Below, in pieces: positions 7,310 through 15,242 of a stretch of 32,000 bases of DNA; the first letter of the stretch is position 1, and every line of letters begins with the position of its first letter. The translations under genes and the position numbers were made by a program. The notes beneath the pieces were generated by a model. It had not been told where the DNA came from and searched no databases. It was given only the letters and a program-made list of their open reading frames with translations. Source of the DNA: Candidatus Saccharimonadota bacterium (GTDB lineage: Bacteria > Patescibacteriota > Gracilibacteria > UBA1369 > 2-02-FULL-48-14); the NCBI GenBank assembly GCA_041661045.1, contig JBAZVE010000001.1, forward strand, positions 540,001 through 572,000, written 5' to 3'.

Positions 7310-8383
7310 TTAAAAAGAGATATGTTCTCTCAGGCCATTTACTTTAGACCAATGTAGGTCTCCCGTATGAGCTAACCTCCCGGCTACTACTGCTACCCCG
7401 ATATCTACTTTCTTTGCAAAACTAGTAACTTCCTGTGCTATACCCCTCATACTTAGCTCTTCAAAGTTAATATCTTTGGCCCAACTTTCGTAGTCAGCTT
7501 TAGGTATCAGTGTATTTTCAGCGAATTCATCTGCTTCTTTCTCTCGTTCATCTAAAGATTTCTCAAACTCTATAAATAGATCCTTTTTTCCGTGCTTGAG
7601 GATGTGGCCAAGCTCATGAAAGAAAGTGAACCAAATTATATCTTTACGTTTACCTTTTTCATTAAGTTGCACGATTGGGTTATCTCTAAACCAAAAAGTA
7701 GCACCATTTATTTTTGTTTTCCCAAATTTTGGCATAAGCACCGTAACTATACCAATCTCTGCACATAATTCTTTAAGCTTGTCTTCAAAATTAGGCTCCT
7801 TGGTAAGCTCTCTAAACTTACTAAGGTTTACTCTTAGTTTCTTCTCATCAAACTCTTTTACAGGTGTTCTTTCTGCTGTAATCTGGCCACATCTTATCCA
7901 TGCCGCCAAACAGAAAATATTTTGTTCTGTCGATTTCTTGCCAGTTTCTCGATAGTTCACCCCAGTTGACAAGGGAACTAGGGACAATGATTGTACTTTG
8001 AAAAAATCTAGTAAAGCTAATACTCTTTCGCGTTTAACTCGAGTTTTTCTCACGAACCCTAATGAGACAAGTTCGTTATAACAGGGGAACTGATTTAAAT
8101 GTTGTTCTTCTGCATCTATAAGTTTTTCTTGTTCTATTCTTGCCAAACATTCTTGGTAGTTCTTTTCTAAATTATTCCAAAAGCTTGCCTTGATCCCCAA
8201 GACTCTTTCAAAGCGAAGGGCAGTTTCTGGAGAAATTGAGGCCGATCCATTAATGATCTGACTAATGTGCTTCTCAGATAAATCTGTCCGTATAGCCAAA
8301 TCTTTTTGGCTTATTTTTAGGAACTCTAGGTTCTCTGCTAGAGTTTCTCCGGGGTGTACGAGAATTGTGGTATGAGGGGTCAT
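7310..8383 (-). CDS. higA: HigA-type HTH antitoxin fused to an ImmA/IrrE-type zinc metallopeptidase domain
   Basis: N-terminus HPGETLAENLEFLKISQKDLAIRTDLSEKHISQIINGSASISPETALRFERVLGIKASFWNNLEKNY matches the HigA/VapI XRE-HTH pattern. C-terminal WFTFFHELGHILKHGKKD carries an HExxH motif in the context typical of ImmA/IrrE (COG2856). The start is 1 nt downstream of the higB stop. Confidence 0.72.
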   Translation of the reverse strand: MTPHTTILVHPGETLAENLEFLKISQKDLAIRTDLSEKHISQIINGSASISPETALRFERVLGIKASFWNNLEKNYQECLARIEQEKLIDAEEQHLNQFPCYNELVSLGFVRKTRVKRERVLALLDFFKVQSLSLVPLSTGVNYRETGKKSTEQNIFCLAAWIRCGQITAERTPVKEFDEKKLRVNLSKFRELTKEPNFEDKLKELCAEIGIVTVLMPKFGKTKINGATFWFRDNPIVQLNEKGKRKDIIWFTFFHELGHILKHGKKDLFIEFEKSLDEREKEADEFAENTLIPKADYESWAKDINFEELSMRGIAQEVTSFAKKVDIGVAVVAGRLAHTGDLHWSKVNGLREHISF

Positions 8384-8384
8384 T

Positions 8385-8693
8385 TTAGTGATAATCAGTT
8401 ATTTCTATAATTTCTATGGCTACTATGCTGGCCGTGTCTGGAGGGTTGAAGTCTCCGACGGGCCTTATTATCATTCTATAGGGTTGTTTGAGTGTAAGTC
8501 CGTACTGTCCATCTCGGTTATTATGGAGGGGGTGCGTTCCCGCTGCGGGCGGCATATCTTGCAAACAATCAGCGGCTTGGAGCTCTTTATAGCGCTGAGT
8601 GATTTTCCTCGCTAGCTCACCGTGTTTTCTTGTAAGTAGTGACTCATCTTCAATTATTTTCCGAAGTTTTTCTGTTTGGAAGTGTATTTCCAT
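8385..8693 (-). CDS. higB: HigB-family (RelE/ParE superfamily) toxin, killer-protein type
   Basis: 102 aa. THPLHNNRDGQYGLTLKQPYRMII...IEIIEITDYH parallels the HigB pattern LHPLKGDREGYWSI...WRI.F......I....DYH, recalled from memory. Toxin-first gene order is typical of higBA. Confidence 0.7.
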   Translation of the reverse strand: MEIHFQTEKLRKIIEDESLLTRKHGELARKITQRYKELQAADCLQDMPPAAGTHPLHNNRDGQYGLTLKQPYRMIIRPVGDFNPPDTASIVAIEIIEITDYH

Positions 8694-8756
8694 GATTGAT
8701 TGGGAGAAGGTTCAGGGCATTGCTTGTCATGGGTGGAGGGGGCTAATGGCTAAGTT

Positions 8757-8835
8757 CACTTTACCTGATCGGTAAATCATTTTCAAGTAGATTATTTAAA
8801 ATTTCTTGAAAATACATTACCTAGATGGTAAAGTG
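8757..8835. promoter_or_regulatory. 79-bp composite imperfect palindrome upstream of higB: two TTACC-N5-GGTAA boxes flanking TTTTCAAG-N17-CTTGAAAA. Candidate operator overlapping a candidate minus-strand promoter
   Basis: CACTTTACC (8757-8765) is the reverse complement of GGTAAAGTG (8827-8835). The boxes are TTACCtgatcGGTAA (8761-8775) and TTACCtagatGGTAA (8817-8831), with TTTTCAAG (8780-8787) and CTTGAAAA (8805-8812) between them. On the minus strand, TTGAAA-N17-TAAAGT (8758-8786) is a possible -35/-10 pair. Confidence 0.45.
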
Positions 8836-8996
8836 TTTTCCGTTTACTTCAACCCCCTTGTCCATGACATTCCGAAAATGAAAAAGACGAACTTCGCCGA
8901 GGCTGATCCGTCTTCCCCACAAGAAAAATCTTTCTGCACAAGGATTTTAGTGGGTTCTCCCAGACTTGGCAATCCCCTATAACTCTTTTTGAAAAT

Positions 8997-9254
8997 ATGT
9001 ATTACCTTATTACTTACGACCTGAATAAAGTCGGTCAGGATTACACTGGTTTGCTTAACCAGATCAAGACCTATACTCACATCAAGCCGATGAAGTCGGC
9101 GTGGTTTATAAAAACCAGCGATCCTACTGCTGAGACTGTTTACAATAAACTCGCAAAGTTTATAGACAAAAATGACCAACTTTTGGTCATGGAAATTCAC
9201 CGCAATCGTTGGGGATGGCTACCGCAACCTTGCTGGGACTTTCTCAAGAGCTAG
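8997..9254 (+). CDS. Hypothetical small protein (85 aa) with an alternating beta-alpha pattern reminiscent of small ferredoxin-fold proteins (Cas2/VapD-like); function unknown
   Basis: MYYLITYDLNKVGQDYTGLLNQIKTY...SAWFIKTSDPTAETVYNKLAKFIDKNDQLLVMEI. The resemblance is in pattern only, not in recognised motifs. It competes with minus-strand ORF 8844-9200, and its 3' end overlaps the integrase remnant. Confidence 0.35.
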   Translation: MYYLITYDLNKVGQDYTGLLNQIKTYTHIKPMKSAWFIKTSDPTAETVYNKLAKFIDKNDQLLVMEIHRNRWGWLPQPCWDFLKS

Positions 9255-9430
9255 TTTTAAAGGGGCGTGGCAAATGCTACGCCCCTGCTCGCTTGATGCT
9301 TGAGGGTGGATGCGACATTTATACGCTCTCGAAAACCATGGGACATACAAAAATCACTACTACTGCGATTTATCTTTCTTGTTCGAATCAGCAGATGACG
9401 AAGGCAGTAGAGATGCACTGTCTGAACTAA
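9209..9430 (+). pseudogene. Tyrosine recombinase/integrase, C-terminal remnant only (about 55 recognisable codons)
   Basis: ARLMLEGGCDIYTLSKTMGHTKITTTAIYLSCS matches the extreme C-terminus of XerC/D-phage integrases (..LLE.G.DI.T.....GH..I.TT..Y) including the catalytic Tyr position. No N-terminal or central catalytic region is found upstream in any frame that I can see. Confidence 0.6.
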
Positions 9431-9963
9431 GCCGCAACACCCATTAAAGCTCTGAACTCTTCTTCCAAAATTTTAACTACTTTTGGGGTTACATTATTAA
9501 ATGTTTTTGCGGCTGTTTTTAGGGCTTTTAATGCTTCTTTTGCATAACTTTCATTTTCAGTAGCTTCCTTCTGATCTGTGTAAACGATAAAGTCCGCAGC
9601 TATATCTGTTAAGGTAGTGGAAAGCGTAGACATATTTTGAACTATTTTCTCGCTAAAGAAAATTGCGTTCTCGTCAAAGAAGTCATCCAAATCAAATAAT
9701 GCTTCGATTGCACTATCCAACTTCGTGGATATTTCATTATAGTTCTCTTTGTCGAGTTTATGGGCCTGTATGACACCATATATAGCTTTATGTCCGCGCG
9801 AAATCTTGGAATACAGCAGTGAGATTTTTTCTAGCCGTAACTCATGGAGTTTGGTGAATTTTACCTCATGTTCTTTCAAATAAGTTGCTGTAAGAAACGC
9901 AACAACTGCTGGCAGTATTATTGAAATGAAAATCTGGAAGGCGACTTCAAGAGCATTGTCCAT
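9427..9963 (-). CDS. Hypothetical protein with N-terminal TM anchor and helical C-terminal region
   Basis: 178-aa ORF with an ATG start. The N-terminal FQIFISIILPAVVAFLTATYL is hydrophobic. AT-rich codon usage matches the island. No family recognised. Confidence 0.5.
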   Translation of the reverse strand: MDNALEVAFQIFISIILPAVVAFLTATYLKEHEVKFTKLHELRLEKISLLYSKISRGHKAIYGVIQAHKLDKENYNEISTKLDSAIEALFDLDDFFDENAIFFSEKIVQNMSTLSTTLTDIAADFIVYTDQKEATENESYAKEALKALKTAAKTFNNVTPKVVKILEEEFRALMGVAA

Positions 9964-10353
9964 AGGTATTAGTTTTTAGCCCTAAAGGAGCCAGTTGCGA
10001 TATAGTAGAAATCTCTTCTAAGACCCTCAAAAGTATTTTAAATACGAAAGTGATTGTAGTGAGACCCCAGTCGGAACATTTTTTGAGGATTCTGCGCATG
10101 CTGTGTTTTATCAAGATATTTTCATGTTCCAGGTTTTTTTGCAAATATAACTCGTTTAAATCATTTGTTTTGTTTTTTATTCTTTCGATTTGACCTCACT
10201 TGCATTTCTTAATCAGCTGGCATTTTCGAGCCTCTTGCTGCAATCTCTTTGTCCTTGAATGTACTCTTTACTTAGTTCCTTCACAAATCGAGCCCGCTCT
10301 ATTACGGATGGCTAAGCTAAGCCAAAAAGGTGGTGCATTCTATAGACCAATTT

Positions 10354-10404
10354 CATGGTAAGGATGAGGTCTCGGGTTCGATTCCCGATCGTGGCTCCAT
10401 TTTT
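10354..10404 (+). repeat. 51-bp direct repeat, right copy (attR-like): orphan 3' half of tRNA-Thr
   Basis: Identical to 7112-7162. It lacks the tRNA 5' half, since the upstream sequence tatagaccaattt is unrelated. Confidence 0.9.
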
Positions 10405-10471
10405 GGTGGTTAAAACTTTCCAGGACTGAATAGATGTGCTTGAATTGAAGAAAGTTTTCTAATTTATTCTC

Positions 10472-11068
10472 ATGGCTAATTTCTTTGCACTGGTACTGCT
10501 GATTTCGCTCTTAGCCCTGCCGGTTGGTTTAGTAAACCCGACTTTGTTTCAAGGTGTAACTAAAAAAGTACTGGGGAAGGACGCTACTCGTAAGAATCTT
10601 GCCGGGAGTTTTTCTGCTCTCGCATTGGTCAGTTTTGTTGGGATTGGTTTAACCGCTCCGACTCCTGTTAAAAATCTTGAAGTTGAAGATCAAAGCGTGG
10701 AGTCTTCCGAGGAGGTGCCATTGGTTGAAGCAGCTGAGCCTGCCATGAGGAAAGTCTTGGAAGAAAATACAAAAGTTGAGGTGCAGCCAGAAACAGCAAG
10801 TTCCGGAGAAGATGTAGAAGAATCTGTCACGGTGGTGGAACCGGAGAGCGCGGCCCCTGCTCCGGTTTATGAAGAGCCAGATCCTGCCCCCGCACCTGCA
10901 CCTACTTCATGGTATAGTTGTAGTTCGAATGTTTATAACTGTTCCGATTTCTCCACACATGCCGAAGCACAGACCGTTTACGAGGGCTGCTTAATGCAAG
11001 CTGGTTATGATGTGCATGACCTTGATGGCAATGATAAGGATGGCCTGGCGTGTGAGAGCTTACCTTGA
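10472..11068 (+). CDS. Membrane-anchored acidic protein with C-terminal Excalibur calcium-binding domain
   Basis: N-terminal TM (FFALVLLISLLALPVGL). The C-terminus YNCSDFSTHAEAQTVYEGCLMQAGYDVHDLDGNDKDGLACESL fits the Excalibur pattern (DxDxDGxxCE). Confidence 0.7.
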   Translation: MANFFALVLLISLLALPVGLVNPTLFQGVTKKVLGKDATRKNLAGSFSALALVSFVGIGLTAPTPVKNLEVEDQSVESSEEVPLVEAAEPAMRKVLEENTKVEVQPETASSGEDVEESVTVVEPESAAPAPVYEEPDPAPAPAPTSWYSCSSNVYNCSDFSTHAEAQTVYEGCLMQAGYDVHDLDGNDKDGLACESLP

Positions 11069-11154
11069 AGGCTGATGATGGCATCGTATGTGCGGATAAG
11101 GTTGCATCAAATAAGTAATCATGGTTGAATGCCAAACTATAAAATCCACTGGGC

Positions 11155-11784
11155 ATGGCTATGACTGCAAAACTCGCATCGACTCTCACGAAAGATCGAC
11201 TTGCGCCCGGCGCGTTGGATGATGAGAGAGATTTGAGTATGCACGGGCTTGCGTATCGTGATGGATTTCTTCTTTTTGATGGGCAGGCCTATAAACCGAG
11301 CGTTCTCGATCGAGGAAGAGGGCTTGACCCCTCTAGTGGTGATATTTATTTGGGTGATGTTCAGTTTGAAACCTCTGTTGTTAACCGTTTTGTTGGGTCT
11401 TGGTACGATGGGATGTCTCAAGCGAATATTCGTGTTTCGGAGGGTCGCTTTATGGAGATACCCACGCTCTTTGAGATTGAACGGCTTTTTGTGGGCGATG
11501 TGGGTCGTTTTGAGGTGAGCCGTATGTATGGAGATGGAGTGGATATGGGTGACGATATTGCGAGGAGGGAAAATGGTCTTTTTCAAAGATGGCATCAGGA
11601 ATATCTAAGTGCGGTTGATGGGTCGTTAATGGGAAAGCCCGTACTTGAAGCAGATTTTGCACGGAGGTTGTCTGGGGGTTCTCGTCCACTCGACCTCACG
11701 AAACTTTATGGAGAAAGAATTCATGATCAACTTCGAGGTTTAAAGCGAAGGGACTTGAAGGAAAAGTATCCGGAACGGTATTAG
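11155..11784 (+). CDS. Hypothetical protein (209 aa)
   Basis: Long ORF with an ATG start and no competing better ORF. No motif recognised. Confidence 0.5.
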   Translation: MAMTAKLASTLTKDRLAPGALDDERDLSMHGLAYRDGFLLFDGQAYKPSVLDRGRGLDPSSGDIYLGDVQFETSVVNRFVGSWYDGMSQANIRVSEGRFMEIPTLFEIERLFVGDVGRFEVSRMYGDGVDMGDDIARRENGLFQRWHQEYLSAVDGSLMGKPVLEADFARRLSGGSRPLDLTKLYGERIHDQLRGLKRRDLKEKYPERY

Positions 11785-11852
11785 CGTGCCAGGCTTGTAG
11801 CTTCTGAAGACCTCATGTACTATTGTCACTTCAGTCGATTTGTATTTTAGAT

Positions 11853-12581
11853 ATGATCACTAACAGTGAATTGGAAGCAGGGCGTGTGTTTGATCCCGCA
11901 GTGCAAGGTGATGCGGAAAACATTGGGTTTGTGCATCGTCACTTAGAGATAGCTTTGAGCCATACAAGGCTGGGCCGTGTTGAACGAGGACTCGATGGAG
12001 ATGCCTTTGTTTTGTTGGAACAGTTGAGGTTTGCACATTTAGTCATAAGGAGTGTCCCTTCGGATGCACGCAGGGGGTTTGATCAGGATGAAATGGCAGT
12101 GTGTATGGCTGTTGCTGGTCTTTCGAAACAATTGGCAGATAGCTTGCTCGCAAATGGAGAGCCTCAAACGGTTGAACGAAAACGCAGCATCTTTCAGGCT
12201 TTAAGTGAATTCGATAAACTTACTTTGAATCGAGCTGATTTATTGGCGGAATTTTACCCGAAAGTTCAAGTGGCTTTGGACTTGGCGGAACACTATAAAC
12301 GGGCTGGCATTTTAATGCGGTTTTATAGATTGAATCACTATCATCCAAACAAGGCGGTAAGGGGCATGGCAAAGATGGTTTTGTTCGACTTTTTAATGCC
12401 TGCATTGGACTATGTTGGGGAGTCACCGTCGGGAGCTCAGTCCCCAGAGGAGTTGAGTGATATTATGTCCGTATGGTCGAAGCTTGAGGGTACAGAACGG
12501 GCAGGTATGCCGACGGGGCTTTCTCCTCAAGTTTTAGATTCGTGGCTTTGTGGACATGAGAGAGACCTGTTAAGCTCCTAA
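11853..12581 (+). CDS. Hypothetical protein (about 242 aa)
   Basis: ORF track starts at TTG 11823, and the first ATG in frame is at 11853. No motif recognised. Confidence 0.5.
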   Translation: MITNSELEAGRVFDPAVQGDAENIGFVHRHLEIALSHTRLGRVERGLDGDAFVLLEQLRFAHLVIRSVPSDARRGFDQDEMAVCMAVAGLSKQLADSLLANGEPQTVERKRSIFQALSEFDKLTLNRADLLAEFYPKVQVALDLAEHYKRAGILMRFYRLNHYHPNKAVRGMAKMVLFDFLMPALDYVGESPSGAQSPEELSDIMSVWSKLEGTERAGMPTGLSPQVLDSWLCGHERDLLSS

Positions 12582-13057
12582 ATCTTCCGTGAGTCGTAGG
12601 CCCAGTGGAGGAGGGCTTGTCTTTGTTTGCGGCGGCAATTTTGCTGGCCAGGTTCACAGTTCTTTTGAATTTGTGCGATGTGCCGTTTCATGGCCTTCCA
12701 ACGCTTGATTTGCCTCTGGTCTTCCTCGGGAGTTCGACGGCCGAGATAATAGCGACAATACCATTGGAACCAGCCTCGTGGATCTTGAGGGTGTATCCAG
12801 CCTTTCTTTTGCCAGTATTCGAGTGGCATGGAGGCTTCGACGCCAAAGCAGTTCGATTTTTTCACATGAAGAAACCAAGATTTGGGGAATTCGTCGGGTT
12901 CATCGGCGATGTAAGTTCCATTGAAGACGCCGAGCTCGAGCATTTCTTTGGGGGTGAGCTCCGGTTTGAATTCAGGATCGAAATCTTTACCCGTTGGACA
13001 AGTCAGCAGGTAGTAGCCGTTTTGGAAGGAATCGTTGATGAGGATTTTCTTGGGCAC
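12578..13057 (-). CDS. Conserved hypothetical protein, Trp-rich (GWIHPQDPRGWFQWYCRYYLGRR motif)
   Basis: 159-aa ORF with a GTG start. The Trp/Arg-rich motif looks like a conserved family, but I cannot name it with confidence. Confidence 0.55.
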   Translation of the reverse strand: MPKKILINDSFQNGYYLLTCPTGKDFDPEFKPELTPKEMLELGVFNGTYIADEPDEFPKSWFLHVKKSNCFGVEASMPLEYWQKKGWIHPQDPRGWFQWYCRYYLGRRTPEEDQRQIKRWKAMKRHIAQIQKNCEPGQQNCRRKQRQALLHWAYDSRKI

Positions 13058-13079
13058 AGCTAGAGTGTAGCACTAGGTT

Positions 13080-13409
13080 CTATTTTGTGGTGCCCCGGTC
13101 TCTGGTTTTATTGATTTGATCGACGAGGGCTTGCATTCTTCTTTCGAGTTCAAAGAATTCTTTTTCTGGGATGAATCTGAACTGGTGGGCGGCCGTGTTT
13201 TTTTGTCGATTTTCCTGACTTGCCATTGTAGCGTGGATCCTTCGTTTCAGCGTTCTGCTGAACAAGCTTAGCGCTTCTTTCCCCATGCTTTCTTCGGCCC
13301 ATTGTTGAAAGGCAGCGAGGTTTTGGACGGAAACAAATCTCTCTCCTTTACGAGGGTGGAATTCCTCCTCCTTCTCCTCTTCTTGGTGCCGGTCCGTAGT
13401 CATGCGCAT
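13080..13409 (-). CDS. Hypothetical protein (109 aa), charged/helical
   Basis: ATG start. Divergent from the ABC transporter gene. No motif recognised. Confidence 0.45.
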   Translation of the reverse strand: MRMTTDRHQEEEKEEEFHPRKGERFVSVQNLAAFQQWAEESMGKEALSLFSRTLKRRIHATMASQENRQKNTAAHQFRFIPEKEFFELERRMQALVDQINKTRDRGTTK

Positions 13410-13438
13410 AGTTTAGACATATTCCAAACTTTAGTCAA

Positions 13439-15232
13439 ATGGTGGGGAGTTTTTCTTTGTGCTTTAATGGGGGCATGAAGAATGCGTATTTTCAATTGAT
13501 CAAGACGGCGTGGACTTTTGCGGAGGGGCGAAGGGGGTGGTTTGTGTTGGCGTATGGCATGTTTACGATGGCGAACATTGTGGCCATGGCGGAGCCTTTG
13601 ATTTTGGGCTTGTTCCTCAATGAAGTGCAGCTGCATGGGCTTGAAAATGAGAAAAAGATTTTGTTGTATTTATTGGCGTACCCCGGCATTCAGCTTTTGT
13701 TTTGGCTCTTCCATGGGAATGCGCGGGTGATTGAGCGCATCAATGCGTACCACATTCTGGACAGTTACAGGAGAAAGCTTTTTGATTTGCTTTCATCCTT
13801 GCCCCTCAAGTGGCACAAAAACAACCATTCCGGGGGAACCATGAGTCGGCTTGAAAAGGGGTCCGGAGCGCTGAGAAATTTTGTGGAAGAAGGGTTCCAG
13901 TACATCGAGACCGTGGTGCGGTTTTTTGCTTCGGCGGTGGCTCTCTTTTTTCTTTCGACTTATGCGGGCCTGGTGGCTTTGGCTCTGGGCCTGGTCTGTG
14001 CGCTTGTTATTTTTAGGTTTGATAAACAGCTGATTCGCTACAACACGGAAATGAACGAAGATTGGCATAAATATGACGCTTCTTTCTATGACTATGTGGT
14101 GAATATGAGAACGGTTATTACTTTGCGTCTGGAAAAACTCGCGAAAAAGGAGACGGTTAAACGGTTTTTACAGCTCTTCCCAACCTGGAAAAAGAACGCC
14201 AAGGTGAACGAGCTCAAGTGGTTTTTTCTCAGCATGGTTTTGGCGGGCCTGTCTTCGCTGGTGATGTTGATTTATTTGTACCAACAGTGGGCGAGTGGGA
14301 CGGTGATTTTGATTGGAACTACGGTGGCGCTTTATGAATACGCGCATCGATTCACCAATGTGTTTTTTGATGTGGCATGGAAGTACGAACAGTTGGTTCG
14401 TTACAATACAAATCTTAAATCGGTGGGGCCCATTTGGGAGGCGGCGGAACTGCTGGGCAGTGGAAGTGGAGTGAAACCCATTTCATCCAAGTGGAAACGA
14501 GTGGAAATCCGCGAGCTTTCGTTCCGTTATGAGGATGAAAAGCATCGAACCCACAATTTAAAAGATGTTCATTTGGTTTTGGAGCGCGGCAAGAAAATCG
14601 CCTTGGTGGGGGAGAGTGGCAGTGGGAAAAGCACCTTGCTCGCCTTGCTTCGTGGCCTGGAAGTTCCGGATCATGTCAAAGTGGTGGTGGACGGAAAGGA
14701 GCTTGGCCTGCGCGCTTTATCGGGCCAAATGACTTTGATTCCGCAAGACCCGGAGATTTTTGAAAACACCATTGAATACAATGTGACGGCGGGCATCTCC
14801 CATCGAGCGAGCGAGATTTCGGACGCGATTCGTTTGGCGCGGTTTGATACGGTGGTGAAACGCCTGCCGCGTGGTCTCGACACGAATATTAAAGAAAAAG
14901 GAGTGAATCTTTCGGGAGGAGAGAAACAGCGGCTCGCCTTGGCGCGTGGGATTTTTGCCGCCAAAGACAGCAGTTTTGTACTCTTGGACGAGCCCACGAG
15001 CAGTGTGGACACCAAAAATGAGGTGAAAATTTACGAGTCTCTCTTTGAGCATTTTAAAGACCGCTGCATCATTTCCACCATTCATCGGCTCCACTTGCTT
15101 CCGGAATTCGACAAAATCTACCTCTTTGAACAGGGTGAACTAAAGGCGGAGGGAAGTTTTGACGACTTGCTCAAGCACTATCCTCCTTTTCAGAAGATGT
15201 GGGCCGTGTATCAGAAGGCTTTAAATCGCTGA
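13439..15232 (+). CDS. ABC transporter, fused permease/ATP-binding protein (type I exporter, MsbA-like)
   Basis: N-terminal six-TM region. Walker A is GESGSGKST, the signature is LSGGEKQRLALARGIF, and Walker B is FVLLDEPTSSVD. An alternative start at ATG 13475 (MKNAYF) is possible. Confidence 0.88.
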   Translation: MVGSFSLCFNGGMKNAYFQLIKTAWTFAEGRRGWFVLAYGMFTMANIVAMAEPLILGLFLNEVQLHGLENEKKILLYLLAYPGIQLLFWLFHGNARVIERINAYHILDSYRRKLFDLLSSLPLKWHKNNHSGGTMSRLEKGSGALRNFVEEGFQYIETVVRFFASAVALFFLSTYAGLVALALGLVCALVIFRFDKQLIRYNTEMNEDWHKYDASFYDYVVNMRTVITLRLEKLAKKETVKRFLQLFPTWKKNAKVNELKWFFLSMVLAGLSSLVMLIYLYQQWASGTVILIGTTVALYEYAHRFTNVFFDVAWKYEQLVRYNTNLKSVGPIWEAAELLGSGSGVKPISSKWKRVEIRELSFRYEDEKHRTHNLKDVHLVLERGKKIALVGESGSGKSTLLALLRGLEVPDHVKVVVDGKELGLRALSGQMTLIPQDPEIFENTIEYNVTAGISHRASEISDAIRLARFDTVVKRLPRGLDTNIKEKGVNLSGGEKQRLALARGIFAAKDSSFVLLDEPTSSVDTKNEVKIYESLFEHFKDRCIISTIHRLHLLPEFDKIYLFEQGELKAEGSFDDLLKHYPPFQKMWAVYQKALNR

Positions 15233-15242
15233 TTCTTTTAAA

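Larger units (their letters stand above)
7158..10404. mobile_element. Degraded integrative island inserted at tRNA-Thr (about 3.2 kb), with TA module and integrase remnant
   Basis: Bounded by the perfect 51-bp direct repeat of the tRNA 3' half. It looks visibly more AT-rich than the flanks (not computed). It contains higB, a HigA-ImmA/IrrE fusion gene, orphan ORFs and a C-terminal fragment of a tyrosine recombinase. Confidence 0.7.

Noticed and set aside
8844-9200. 118-aa minus-strand ORF in the island
   Set aside because: It competes with plus-strand 8997-9254, has no recognisable features and would place its start inside the other ORF. Neither is well supported. I listed the plus-strand one at low confidence because of its more protein-like sequence pattern.
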